Part shown: one piece after another, positions 44,689 to 53,455 of the stretch
Position numbering within the stretch: position 1 is the first letter of the stretch
How the letters are laid out: each line of letters opens with the position of its first letter
Notes under the pieces: generated by a model
Seen by the model: the letters and a program-made list of their open reading frames with translations, nothing else
What the model was told of the DNA's origin: nothing
Databases searched by the model: none
IMG/VR virus record: IMGVR_UViG_3300036045_000007
Length of the DNA: 64,000 nt
Direction: 5' to 3' (one strand)
From: a virus
Translations under genes and position numbers: made by a program

Positions 44689-45857
44689 TTTTCGACTCCT
44701 TTCCCGCTGAGCAGGATTTTCACGTTGTCTCCGGTCCCGATACACACATCGGGCAAGCCATCTCCGTTCATGTCCGCCACGGCGCATGGATCGCCTCCAT
44801 CCCAACTGCCGATTTTGGCGATCTCGTTGAAATTCCCGCCGCCGAGGTTCGCGAAGATGCGCGTGTCCTGAGCGCGCGGGTTGCAAATCACCAGATCGGG
44901 CAGGCGGTCGTGGTTGAAATCGGTCGCGTGGACGACGTGCAGGTACACGCCGGGCGTTTTCACGAAGTCAGTGATCGGCCCCGGCTTCAAAGCATAGCTT
45001 TTTGGCCCGGTGCTCAGGTAGAGACCGTGGCCGACGATGATGAAGTCGCTTTGCCGGTCGCCGTTCAGGTCTTGCACGTGGCACACCGCGCCGTCCTTCG
45101 GGAGTCCGAGAGCTTCGGTTGCATCGGTGTCGTTGATGATGAAGCGCGCGCCGCGCACCTTGTCATAGCTCGCAAACCACGTGACGACGTGTCCAGGCTG
45201 GCGACCGATCATGGTTCGCTGCACCGGCCAGGACCGGAAGAATTGCTTGCTCTTCAGATACTCCGCTTGGAGCAGCGTCTTCACCCACGGAATGTCCATC
45301 GCCGGTGGATCGTAGACCGCCTTCTCAAGCTTCTTCGTGAATGGGTTGTAGTAGTACCTGATCTGCGTATCCGGGGTGCCGGTCATCGGCGTCTGTATGA
45401 AGTCCGGGCGAACGAAGGCGATGGCCATGCTCGTGTTGGTGCCAATCGCGTAGCCCATCGGCTCGAACTTGCCGCCACGATTGAACCAGCAGGTGTTAGG
45501 CTTCGAGTCCGCGTAGGCCAAATCTGGCCAGCCGTCGCCATCGAAGTCCCACACGCGCGGCTTGTGAGTGCCGCCGAGTGCGCTGCCGACATCGGCCACG
45601 GTGAACTTGCCGCCATCGTTGCGGAATATCTTCGATCCGCCATTGTGCTGCACGACGAGGATGTCATTGTCGCCGTCGCGGTCGTAATCGAAGGCGACGA
45701 CACCCCAAGGCCACCAGCCGTCGCCGTATTCCTCTTTCCACTTCTGCATGATCTGAGGAATCCCGGTGTCCTGCATCTCGGTGAGGACAACCGGCGAGCC
45801 TGGTTGCTGAAAAATGTAGATCGAGGCGCCGAGAACGAGGCTGAGAATTTTCGTCAT
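44685..45857 (-). CDS. secreted FG-GAP/VCBS-repeat (integrin-alpha-like beta-propeller) protein
   Basis: Signal-like N-terminus MTKILSLVLGASIYIF. Repeated Ca-binding-type loops DYDRDGDNDILV, DFDGDGWPDLAY, DLNGDRQSDFII, DFNHDRLPDLVI, DMNGDGLPDVCI. Confidence 0.75.
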   Translation of the reverse strand: MTKILSLVLGASIYIFQQPGSPVVLTEMQDTGIPQIMQKWKEEYGDGWWPWGVVAFDYDRDGDNDILVVQHNGGSKIFRNDGGKFTVADVGSALGGTHKPRVWDFDGDGWPDLAYADSKPNTCWFNRGGKFEPMGYAIGTNTSMAIAFVRPDFIQTPMTGTPDTQIRYYYNPFTKKLEKAVYDPPAMDIPWVKTLLQAEYLKSKQFFRSWPVQRTMIGRQPGHVVTWFASYDKVRGARFIINDTDATEALGLPKDGAVCHVQDLNGDRQSDFIIVGHGLYLSTGPKSYALKPGPITDFVKTPGVYLHVVHATDFNHDRLPDLVICNPRAQDTRIFANLGGGNFNEIAKIGSWDGGDPCAVADMNGDGLPDVCIGTGDNVKILLSGKGVEK

Positions 45858-45866
45858 TGGGAACTC

Positions 45867-46310
45867 CTAGAAGGCTGCGGGAAATGGTGGATGTCCAGGC
45901 GAGCTACCGGCCATCACGCCCTTCAGGTGCATGGCCAGGGCGTCGTCCGTCGCGAATTTCTTGCCGCAGGTGCATTGGATCATCTCGCCGTCAGGCGTGT
46001 TCGGTGTGTCGAGGCGAGTCCACGGCTCAGGGTCGATTTGGCCGAGGCTCTTGAGTAGTGTCGCCGCTGGCTTCAGGAACAACACCATAAGCGCGTGAGC
46101 CATCTCTGCGGGGTGCTTGAACGAGGCGAGTTGGTTGCAAGAAACGCTGTCGGAAGACACGATTACCTCGGCGCCCATCCGCACGCGCATCTCGATTGAG
46201 AACCGCTTCATCAATTCGTCGGTCTCGAATGAGACTTTGCCACGGTGGACCGCCAGCATGTAGATCACGCCGCGCAGGGCCTCGTAGTTCTGTTGGTCTT
46301 CTGCGGTCAT
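45867..46310 (-). CDS. hypothetical protein with C-terminal zinc-finger-like motif
   Basis: 147 aa from the ATG at 46310 (GAGGAGAA upstream). IQCTCGKKFATDDALAMHLKG. Confidence 0.5.
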   Translation of the reverse strand: MTAEDQQNYEALRGVIYMLAVHRGKVSFETDELMKRFSIEMRVRMGAEVIVSSDSVSCNQLASFKHPAEMAHALMVLFLKPAATLLKSLGQIDPEPWTRLDTPNTPDGEMIQCTCGKKFATDDALAMHLKGVMAGSSPGHPPFPAAF

Positions 46311-46528
46311 GTAATTCTCCTCATTTGTGTGCGGCTGCACGTGCCTCCTGCGGGGCAGTACGATTCGCCGCACTTGTCGCATTCCAGGTGGATGTGATTG
46401 TCGCCTTTGATCTCCCACACCTTAAAGGCGTTCGAGCCGCACTCGCACAGGGCCATTTTCCCCTCTTCGTCGGGGATGCCGACGATGTGCGACCCAATGG
46501 CAACTGGCACAAGCCGTATTGACTTCAT
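46307..46528 (-). CDS. small Cys-rich protein
   Basis: 73 aa. CECGS..LECDKCGESYCPAGGTC. Confidence 0.45.
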   Translation of the reverse strand: MKSIRLVPVAIGSHIVGIPDEEGKMALCECGSNAFKVWEIKGDNHIHLECDKCGESYCPAGGTCSRTQMRRIT

Positions 46529-46530
46529 CG

Positions 46531-46896
46531 CTAGTCCTCTGGATGCCACTGTTCCTTGTGCATCTTCAAGCCCACGCTGGTTGTGAACACACGGTCGCAC
46601 TCGTCGCACTGGAACTTGACAGGCAGCTCCGGTTCCGCTGGCTCAAGCTCTTCCGGTTTCGGTGGTTCCTTCATGAGCACGCCAAGCCGTTCGAGATAGT
46701 GTTCGGTCATTCCCCATCGAGTGTGCGTCCTGCTCGACCCTTTGCGGTGCAGCATCGAGCAAACGCTGACGAACATGCCGAGCGTGTTCACGTGCGGCGG
46801 CACACATTTCAAGGCTTCCAAGATGGCGACTTCCTGATTGGGAGCGTCAACCACAACGTCAAGCGTTTGCCCTGAACGAACTCGCCAGCGACTCAT
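46531..46896 (-). CDS. protein with classical C2H2 zinc finger at C-terminus
   Basis: FQCDECDRVFTTSVGLKMHKEQWH fits F-x-C-x2-C-x3-F-x5-L-x2-H-x4-H. Start uncertain (ATG 46896 overlaps the upstream gene by 38 nt; GTG 46854 is an alternative). Confidence 0.5.
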   Translation of the reverse strand: MSRWRVRSGQTLDVVVDAPNQEVAILEALKCVPPHVNTLGMFVSVCSMLHRKGSSRTHTRWGMTEHYLERLGVLMKEPPKPEELEPAEPELPVKFQCDECDRVFTTSVGLKMHKEQWHPED

Positions 46897-47470
46897 CGAC
46901 TTGCTTCCACCAGACATCGCTGTTCTCGATGACGAAGGCGCCGGGAACGAGTTCATCAACCGCCTTGGCGACTCCTGGGAAGCCCGGCGTGTTGTAGTCG
47001 TGCCCAGCGACGATGCCTTTGATGACAACGTGCTTCGTCCATCCGATGATGTCTTGTTTGACCGCCACGTACTCGTGGTTTGCGTCGATGTAGACCATGT
47101 GCGTGGGCAGCGACCAGCGAGCGCTCCAGAATTGCGACGCGCCCATGACCGGCACTATCGTTTTCCACAAATGCTCTTTGCAGTTCGTGAGGAACTGGTC
47201 GAAGACCGTGTGCGGCTTTATCTCAGTGGCGATCTTTCCGGTCGTGTCGTCCGGCGTGCCGCGCCAATGATCGACGCAGAAGATGACGTGTTTGCGGTCT
47301 TTCAGCGCGTGCGTCATTGTGAGCGCGGACCGACCTGTCCACGATCCTACTTCGACGATCACAAGCCGTTCTTCGTTCGGCAACACGTCCGCGAGTTGTC
47401 GCGCGACAGCGGAGATCGCATTCAGATCGCGCGGTTTGGTTTCGCACCCGAAGTCGGGAAAGTGTCTCAT
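46859..47470 (-). CDS. class I SAM-dependent methyltransferase (Methyltransf_24-like)
   Basis: Motif I VIVEVGSWTGRSALTM. FCVDHW..YIDANHEY..GIVAGHDY pattern. Confidence 0.6.
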   Translation of the reverse strand: MRHFPDFGCETKPRDLNAISAVARQLADVLPNEERLVIVEVGSWTGRSALTMTHALKDRKHVIFCVDHWRGTPDDTTGKIATEIKPHTVFDQFLTNCKEHLWKTIVPVMGASQFWSARWSLPTHMVYIDANHEYVAVKQDIIGWTKHVVIKGIVAGHDYNTPGFPGVAKAVDELVPGAFVIENSDVWWKQVDESLASSFRANA

Positions 47471-47538
47471 TGAATTTTCACCCAAGGGTTAGAGGAAAGT
47501 CGCGGTCGCAAGGGAATGACGACCGCGACTCAACGGAA

Positions 47539-47841
47539 CTACGGATCGGGAACTTCCTCGACGTTCGTGACCGACAGCTCGCCGGGCTTGCCGGGAGGAA
47601 TGTTGTCGGTCGCGGTGAACGAAAGAGGGTCGGATGGCTCCGAGCGGTTGCCAGCCTTGTCGATGTCCACGAGCACCAGGCTGCATTGCACGCCTGGTTG
47701 CACGATGAACTTGAACTCCGTTGCGTCCGCAGCGAGGTTCGTCACTTCCGGTGTGCCGCCGTCCTTTGTCAGCGACATCTCGCGGACGTTCACGTCCTGT
47801 GCCTTGGGGCCGGGGAGCCCAATGGTGTACTGCAACGCCAT
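47539..47841 (-). CDS. Ig/FN3-like beta-sandwich protein
   Basis: 100 aa from the ATG at 47841 (AGGAGGAGA upstream). VLVDIDKAGNRSEPSDPLSFTATD resembles an FN3-type strand pattern. Confidence 0.45.
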   Translation of the reverse strand: MALQYTIGLPGPKAQDVNVREMSLTKDGGTPEVTNLAADATEFKFIVQPGVQCSLVLVDIDKAGNRSEPSDPLSFTATDNIPPGKPGELSVTNVEEVPDP

Positions 47842-47957
47842 AACCGTTTCTCCTCCTGAAATAATGAACGGGCGATCCGGTTGCGGTGGCTTACTCATCC
47901 ACTCGCAGACAGTCTCAAGCAACCTACATACGAGGTTGGCCAAACGGCTACCTGAAT

Positions 47958-48122
47958 TCACGATTGCTCCTTGCTCTTCGGTTCGACTTTGACCACGACG
48001 TTCACCTTCACGATCTCCACGACTTCGACGTTCACGTTCACGTCAATTTGGCGACCAGCTATGAGGGCCATTGCCACTTGGCCGACCGCTTGGGTGATCT
48101 CGTCGAACTTGTTGGTGTCCAT
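47958..48122 (-). CDS. small hypothetical protein
   Basis: 54 aa from the ATG at 48122 (GGAGAGAG upstream). Val/Asn-rich repeat DVNVNVEVVEIVKVNVVVKV. Confidence 0.35.
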   Translation of the reverse strand: MDTNKFDEITQAVGQVAMALIAGRQIDVNVNVEVVEIVKVNVVVKVEPKSKEQS

Positions 48123-48162
48123 CTCTCTCCAAGAAATCTGCGATCCGACGCAGCTCAGTAGC

Positions 48163-48387
48163 TCAGTAGAATCCGTCGAGTCGGGCAACGCCGTCAAGGA
48201 TCACACAGTACGATCCATCCGCAAGCTCGTCGTGTCGCTCGCCAGCGTGCTCCGTCACATTGGTCCCCTGAGCAATCTCCTGATCTTTGCGTTCGTACCG
48301 ATTCTTCTGTCTCCGCAATTCTACTTTTTGTTGCCGCACTTTCGCTCGCAGTGATCGGTTGACTTCCAAGAGCTTGCGGCGATTCAT
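48163..48387 (-). CDS. small basic protein
   Basis: 74 aa from the ATG at 48387 (ATGA overlap with the upstream stop). Confidence 0.4.
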   Translation of the reverse strand: MNRRKLLEVNRSLRAKVRQQKVELRRQKNRYERKDQEIAQGTNVTEHAGERHDELADGSYCVILDGVARLDGFY

Positions 48388-48761
48388 TCCGGTTCTGACT
48401 CCTGAACCATCAGTTGCATGGCGGCGTCGAGGTCGATCTTCCACTGTGCGCCCGGTAGTGGCAAGGGCAACATCTCAGGGTAGTGCTCGAACCACTTCAG
48501 AGCCTTCTCCATAGTCTGCATCCGCTTCGTCGATTCGCGGTAAGCATCGCCGCTGCTCTTCTGCCATCGCTCGTGCAGGTCGGCTTTCTCCTTCAGATAT
48601 TCCGCGTGCCGTTGCCCGACTGACTCTTGTAGCGCCTGGTATTCCTTCTGGAGTTGCTCGACTACTCGAACCGCCTGATCGCGCTCTGCTACCACGCGAT
48701 CCAATTGAGTGCCGAGGTTATCAAGTTCTCTAGTCAGCATACCGTCTAGTGCTTCGCTCAT
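48384..48761 (-). CDS. coiled-coil protein, first gene of the minus-strand early operon
   Basis: 125 aa, heptad-like Leu/Gln/Glu pattern, AAAGGAG upstream. Downstream of promoter 48786-48813. Confidence 0.5.
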   Translation of the reverse strand: MSEALDGMLTRELDNLGTQLDRVVAERDQAVRVVEQLQKEYQALQESVGQRHAEYLKEKADLHERWQKSSGDAYRESTKRMQTMEKALKWFEHYPEMLPLPLPGAQWKIDLDAAMQLMVQESEPE

Positions 48762-48785
48762 CGTCGCTCCTTTCCAAGATCGCTG

Positions 48786-48813
48786 ATCTTACTAAGTGTC
48801 GCCAAACTGTCAA
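48786..48813 (-). promoter_or_regulatory. sigma70 promoter (TTGACA-16-TAAGAT) with GGCGACACTT box variant
   Basis: Minus strand reads TTGACAGTTTGGCGACACTTAGTAAGAT. Lies in the divergent intergenic region 48762-48910. Confidence 0.55.
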
Positions 48814-48910
48814 GCCATTGTAGCCAACTGACCATTTAATCGGCCACATTCTGAAATTCCGGGTTACGATCTTCCGGTGTTTAACCCTTGGGTAGTAAGG
48901 AGGGCGAACG

Positions 48911-50161
48911 ATGTTTCGTCGGCTTGAGTTTTTTCTTTCACCGGATGAAGGCGGGGGCGCTGGTGGGAACATCCCTGGAGGCAATGTTCCTGCTGGCTCG
49001 ACTGGCAGTAACGTCGCTCCTGGTGGGACTCCTGCTCCTGGCGCTGATGGTTCGCAGGCCGGGTCAAGTCCGGGCATATCTGGCGGCGGCACGCCAGCGG
49101 GCGGCGCTCCGACTCCAATCTCCGCAGCAAGCGCCCCGGAATTCGACGACATTCGGGATGTGGCTCGGCAGTATGGCCTCGATCTGTCGCAGTACCAAGA
49201 CAGTCGAGCCGCCGCCCAATACCTGATCGAAACCGCGCGCGACAACAGCGCCTATCTCCAGTATGGCCGAGCGCTCGCGCCGCACTACTCGGACTTCCAG
49301 CGATTCCTCGAACAACGGCAAGCTGGTGCTCAGCCACAGATGCAGCAACAGCAGGTTCCGCAGAAGCCGGTAAATCCGTTCGGACTTCCCGACTTCGATC
49401 CCGCGTGGCTCGACATGGTTGTTCGAGATGCGCAGGGAAATTTGATCCCCAAGCCTGGGACACCGCTCGATGTTCCGGCGAAGATCATGTCCTACTACCG
49501 CGCGCGTCAGGCAGCGCAGGACAAACTCTTCACCAATCCCCAAGACGTGCTGGTGCCGATGTTGCAGCAGGCGATCGCGCCGATGTTGCAGCAATACTTC
49601 CAGACCAACATCGGTCAGATGGGGCAACAGCAATTCATCCAAGGATTCCTCGGCGAGCACGGCCAGTGGATTTATCAAGTCGATCCGCAGGGCCGCTCGA
49701 TCATTGATCCCGTCAGCGGGCGAAAGCAATTCACGCAGGAAGGATACCGCCTGTTCCAACACATCGAGAACGCTCACCGCATGGGCATTCAGAGCTACCA
49801 GGATCAGGCGCAGTACGCGATGAACATGCTGCGAATGGAATACCAGGCCCAAGGTGGCCAGCAGCAGACGCAGCAACAGCAAGGCGGATCATTCGGCGAC
49901 CAGATGCAACAGCAGTTGCCGCCGCCTCAGCAACAGGCGCCGAATCCGTTCGCCTCGGCGATGGCGCAGAACAATCAGCTCAAGCAAGGGTTTTTGCAGG
50001 CGCATAATCGGCGCCCGAGCTACGGCGGTTCGATGCAGCCGCCGAACAACACGAACAATCAGGTTCCTCAGAACTCGAACCTGAGTCTGCGGGAGATGCT
50101 CGCGCAGAATTTGAAGCAAGCCGGGATCACGGATGCCATGATCGCAGCGGGCCCCGGTTAA
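48911..50161 (+). CDS. Gln-rich protein, putative head scaffolding protein
   Basis: 416 aa, AAGGAGGG upstream, immediately precedes the capsid gene. Low-complexity Gly/Pro N-terminus and Gln-rich C-terminus. Role from position only. Confidence 0.45.
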   Translation: MFRRLEFFLSPDEGGGAGGNIPGGNVPAGSTGSNVAPGGTPAPGADGSQAGSSPGISGGGTPAGGAPTPISAASAPEFDDIRDVARQYGLDLSQYQDSRAAAQYLIETARDNSAYLQYGRALAPHYSDFQRFLEQRQAGAQPQMQQQQVPQKPVNPFGLPDFDPAWLDMVVRDAQGNLIPKPGTPLDVPAKIMSYYRARQAAQDKLFTNPQDVLVPMLQQAIAPMLQQYFQTNIGQMGQQQFIQGFLGEHGQWIYQVDPQGRSIIDPVSGRKQFTQEGYRLFQHIENAHRMGIQSYQDQAQYAMNMLRMEYQAQGGQQQTQQQQGGSFGDQMQQQLPPPQQQAPNPFASAMAQNNQLKQGFLQAHNRRPSYGGSMQPPNNTNNQVPQNSNLSLREMLAQNLKQAGITDAMIAAGPG

Positions 50162-50185
50162 ACCTCGTTGGAAAGGAGTTGAACG

Positions 50186-51268
50186 ATGGCTGATTGGAGC
50201 CGTATCGTCAACACGACCATCAAGAATTACATTCGAGAGGTCGAAATTGACGTGTTGCGGAATCGAAAAGTCCCGGCAATGTTGAAGGCAAAGGGCCGCA
50301 TCACCTTCAACTGGTCAGGGGACGGCATGGATTGGAAAGTGCGCTTCAAGCGTGCTCCCATGATCGGCTACGCCGACACCGATACTTTGACGTTCGCGCG
50401 TCTGAATCGGTGGAAGACCGCGCAGCTCGATTACCGTGGCTATGCAACCACGGACAGCATGACCAAGCAAGAGCGGCTGAAGAACAAGTCCACCGAAGCG
50501 ATTGTGAAGGTCTACGATGAGATCACTCGAAATCTCGTCGAGGACATGGAAGATCAATTCGGCGACGAGTTCTACATTGACGGCAACGCTGCTGGAAACT
50601 CGAAGCGACTGCACGGTATTGAGTCGTTCTTGGGCGATGGCGGCGTAAGCTCAGGCGGCTTCATCGCTCTGCCATCGGATGAATACGCTGGTATCAACAC
50701 GGCTCTCGGCACTTACGGTGGAACGTGGACAGGTACTTCGAGCAACTGGCCTAAGGCGACGGGCGATGGCCACTTCGACTTCTGGTCGCCGTTGCTCGTT
50801 GACTACACCGACACCGCTTGGGCCGCGACAACCAAGACGTGGCCGAATACCTGCGAAGAGGCGATGCGGTTTGGCCTCATCTACTCGCGCAAAAACAAGA
50901 GCAAGCGCGGTGCGGTTGACTTCATCATCCTTGATGAAGAGCTGTACCGTCAGTTCTTGGACAAGATCAGCACGAAGGAACGTATCATCGTTGATCGAGG
51001 CGACAAGAACAGTCTCGTCTCCCTCGGCTTCACCGATGTCACGAACTTCGACGGCGCCGAAGTGACCACGGAGTACGGTCTCCCGGCCAACATCGGCTAC
51101 GGATGGAACATCGACCAGATGGAACTTCGGTCGCAACAGGGCCAGTTGTTCGTCCCTGAAGGGCCCGATTATGACATCGCGACGAAGAGCTGGCGATTCT
51201 CAATCGACTTTTTCGGCAACATGGTCTTCCGTCCGCGTTACTTCCTGAAGTTCAAGGCGTACACCTAA
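50186..51268 (+). CDS. major capsid protein
   Basis: 360 aa, AAAGGAG upstream, follows the scaffold-like gene and is followed by a hairpin. Size and N-terminal pattern fit phage coat proteins. No search was run. Confidence 0.65.
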   Translation: MADWSRIVNTTIKNYIREVEIDVLRNRKVPAMLKAKGRITFNWSGDGMDWKVRFKRAPMIGYADTDTLTFARLNRWKTAQLDYRGYATTDSMTKQERLKNKSTEAIVKVYDEITRNLVEDMEDQFGDEFYIDGNAAGNSKRLHGIESFLGDGGVSSGGFIALPSDEYAGINTALGTYGGTWTGTSSNWPKATGDGHFDFWSPLLVDYTDTAWAATTKTWPNTCEEAMRFGLIYSRKNKSKRGAVDFIILDEELYRQFLDKISTKERIIVDRGDKNSLVSLGFTDVTNFDGAEVTTEYGLPANIGYGWNIDQMELRSQQGQLFVPEGPDYDIATKSWRFSIDFFGNMVFRPRYFLKFKAYT

Positions 51269-51323
51269 CCCACCATCTGAGGCCGGTGGTTGACCTACTG
51301 ATTCAAAGTAAAGGAGTTCTAGT

Positions 51324-51941
51324 ATGGCTCGTTTGGAAAACCCGCCGTTCCCTCGCGGCCAAACTGGTTTGGAAATTCAGGCGTCAAGCACCGGCTCAAC
51401 GGCTGACTTGACGCAATACGAGGGCAAGGAATGGTGGTTCGAGGACGTTGATCCAGTCAATAAGACGACGCGAACCAACCAATTCGTCAAATGCCGAGTC
51501 GTGCGAAACACTGGCACCTTCGCGCTCAGGCCGAAGCGTGTTGCTCGATTCTCACTGGCACCCAACGCGAACGGCTCCTTCGGGAGCCAGATCGACGGTT
51601 ACGCAGCAGTGACCGCCGAGCGTTGCTACCCGGTGGACGAGTACCTGCCGTCAGGCGGTGTTGGTGTCAATGACCTGTGCTGGATCGTCACTGAAGGCCC
51701 GGCTCTGTGCTTGACAGACTTAGCCGCTCTTGGCTCGGTCATCGACATCGGTGACAAGGTGGTCTCTCAGACTGCCGCAACCAGCGGTGCGACAACTGCC
51801 GGTCGAGTCGTCGAGCAAGTTCTGACTGGTGCGACATCGCCGCTCGCGGTGCAGATCATGCACTACATCGGCCATGCGATGACGGCACGCACTACCAACA
51901 ACACCGACGCAGACATCCTCGTCAACGTCGGTCACTGGTAA
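51324..51941 (+). CDS. hypothetical head-associated protein (possible decoration/accessory)
   Basis: 205 aa, AAAGGAG upstream, last gene before strong terminator 51979-52006. Confidence 0.45.
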   Translation: MARLENPPFPRGQTGLEIQASSTGSTADLTQYEGKEWWFEDVDPVNKTTRTNQFVKCRVVRNTGTFALRPKRVARFSLAPNANGSFGSQIDGYAAVTAERCYPVDEYLPSGGVGVNDLCWIVTEGPALCLTDLAALGSVIDIGDKVVSQTAATSGATTAGRVVEQVLTGATSPLAVQIMHYIGHAMTARTTNNTDADILVNVGHW

Positions 51942-51978
51942 CGACGCGAAGCACGGCTCTCGTGCAACCCAAGGGAAC

Positions 51979-52006
51979 GATGGCCGGTGAGCAATCACCG
52001 GCCATC
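51979..52006 (+). terminator. intrinsic-terminator-like hairpin (12-bp stem, GCAA loop)
   Basis: GATGGCCGGTGA-GCAA-TCACCGGCCATC followed by ACTTTGG. Read directly. Confidence 0.6.
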
Positions 52007-52076
52007 ACTTTGGTCGCACGTGGCCGCTTCCATACTTTAACGCTTTACCAACCTAATTCCCTTGGGAGAAGTAAGC

Positions 52077-53000
52077 ATGAAGCTGAACGTCATGATCGCA
52101 CGCTACCCCGCGCTGATTCCGGGCGGCGGCGAGCACCCGGCCACAACTGACTGGCTGGTGCAGACAGTAGCCCGCATGAAGCAGGACGAGCGCATCGGTC
52201 GCATCGCGCACATCAAGCTGAACGACACGCCGATCACGATGAGCCGTAATCGGACGATGCACGCGCTCAAGGAGACGGGCTCCGACCTGTGCTTGATGGT
52301 TGATTCGGACATGCACCCTGACAAGTACCTGGGTGTCGATCCGAAGGCCGCTCCGTTTTGGGACACCGCCCTCAACTTCTACTGGAAAGAAGCGGGCGGT
52401 CCGTGCATGATCGCGGCGCCTTACTGCGGACCGCCGCCGCACGAGAACATCTACATCTTCCGCTGGCGGAATCGCCAGAGCGATCACTCGAACGTCGATT
52501 TCTCCCTGGAACAATTCACGCGGGAAGAAGCAGCGGAGCGCGAGGGCATCGAAGAAGTTGCCGCGCTGCCGACCGGCCTTGCGATCCTCGACACGCGCGC
52601 GCTCGAAGCGTTGAAGGAGCCTTACTTTTACTACGAGTGGAAGGGCGCCGGTCCGCCATGCCCGCATTGCGGCAACCCGAGTCCTTCAGGTCCGCAGATG
52701 GAGAAGGCATCGACTGAGGATGTCGCGTTCACACGCGATCTCTCGTTGGCCGGAATCCCGGTTTTCTGCGTATGGAATTCATGGGCTGGTCACTACAAGG
52801 TAAAATGCGTTGGCAAACCAGTGATCGTGACACCGAAGATGATCTCCGACAAGTTCCGGCACGCCCTTGCTCGCGAAGAGATGCGGAAGCAGGAAAAGCA
52901 CAAACGACGGCCTGCTGTTGAAGGAATCCAAAATGGAAACTCCGACAACCAACTTATCACCACAGGAGACGACTCGCCAGCAGTGCTTGCAAATGCGTGA
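52077..53000 (+). CDS. GT-A-fold glycosyltransferase (family-2-like)
   Basis: SRNRTMHALKETGSDLCLMVDSDM (DxD) and the later TEDVAFTRDLSLAG resemble GT2 signatures. ATG at 52077 after GGGAGAAG. Confidence 0.55.
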   Translation: MKLNVMIARYPALIPGGGEHPATTDWLVQTVARMKQDERIGRIAHIKLNDTPITMSRNRTMHALKETGSDLCLMVDSDMHPDKYLGVDPKAAPFWDTALNFYWKEAGGPCMIAAPYCGPPPHENIYIFRWRNRQSDHSNVDFSLEQFTREEAAEREGIEEVAALPTGLAILDTRALEALKEPYFYYEWKGAGPPCPHCGNPSPSGPQMEKASTEDVAFTRDLSLAGIPVFCVWNSWAGHYKVKCVGKPVIVTPKMISDKFRHALAREEMRKQEKHKRRPAVEGIQNGNSDNQLITTGDDSPAVLANA

Positions 53001-53190
53001 TGACAAAAGTTACACGCGACAAATGACGGTCGTGCTCGTGCTGGCGTGTTATCTCATTGTGGTTCCGTTGATCGTGTTGGTCGCCCTTTTGTTTGGGAAT
53101 GAATGGCTCGGGGCGAGGATGGCCCTTGAGACCGCATCGTGTTTTTTCGTGACTGGAGTATGCCTGCTGATCTTGAGCAGGCGACAATAG
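52933..53190 (+). CDS. two-TM small membrane protein (holin-like)
   Basis: 85 aa from the ATG at 52933 (GAAGGAA upstream). Helices MTVVLVLACYLIVVPLIVLVALLF and ALETASCFFVTGVCLLILS. Overlaps the GT gene by 68 nt. Confidence 0.4.
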   Translation: METPTTNLSPQETTRQQCLQMRDDKSYTRQMTVVLVLACYLIVVPLIVLVALLFGNEWLGARMALETASCFFVTGVCLLILSRRQ

Positions 53191-53203
53191 GGAGGATGCA
53201 GCC

Positions 53204-53455
53204 TTGGACACTCCGATTCTTGTTACCGTCGTCGGTATGGTTCTCGCCGCACTCGGAGCCGCAGTCACGGCGGTAACGAGCTACATGACCAATCGCGACA
53301 AACTACGATTCGATGCCGAGCGCATCAAAGACCGCGCCGACATTGCGTACCTGAAGCAACGAGAAAAAGAATGCCTGGAAGAAACAGCGGAGATGCGAAA
53401 ACGCATCGAACATCTCGAAGAGCAGTTGCGCATCATTAACCGGGAGCGAAAATGA
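53204..53455 (+). CDS. N-terminal TM plus coiled-coil protein (spanin/holin-accessory-like)
   Basis: TTG start after GGGAGGA. ILVTVVGMVLAALGAAVTAVTSYM helix, then a charged heptad region. Confidence 0.4.
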   Translation: MDTPILVTVVGMVLAALGAAVTAVTSYMTNRDKLRFDAERIKDRADIAYLKQREKECLEETAEMRKRIEHLEEQLRIINRERK

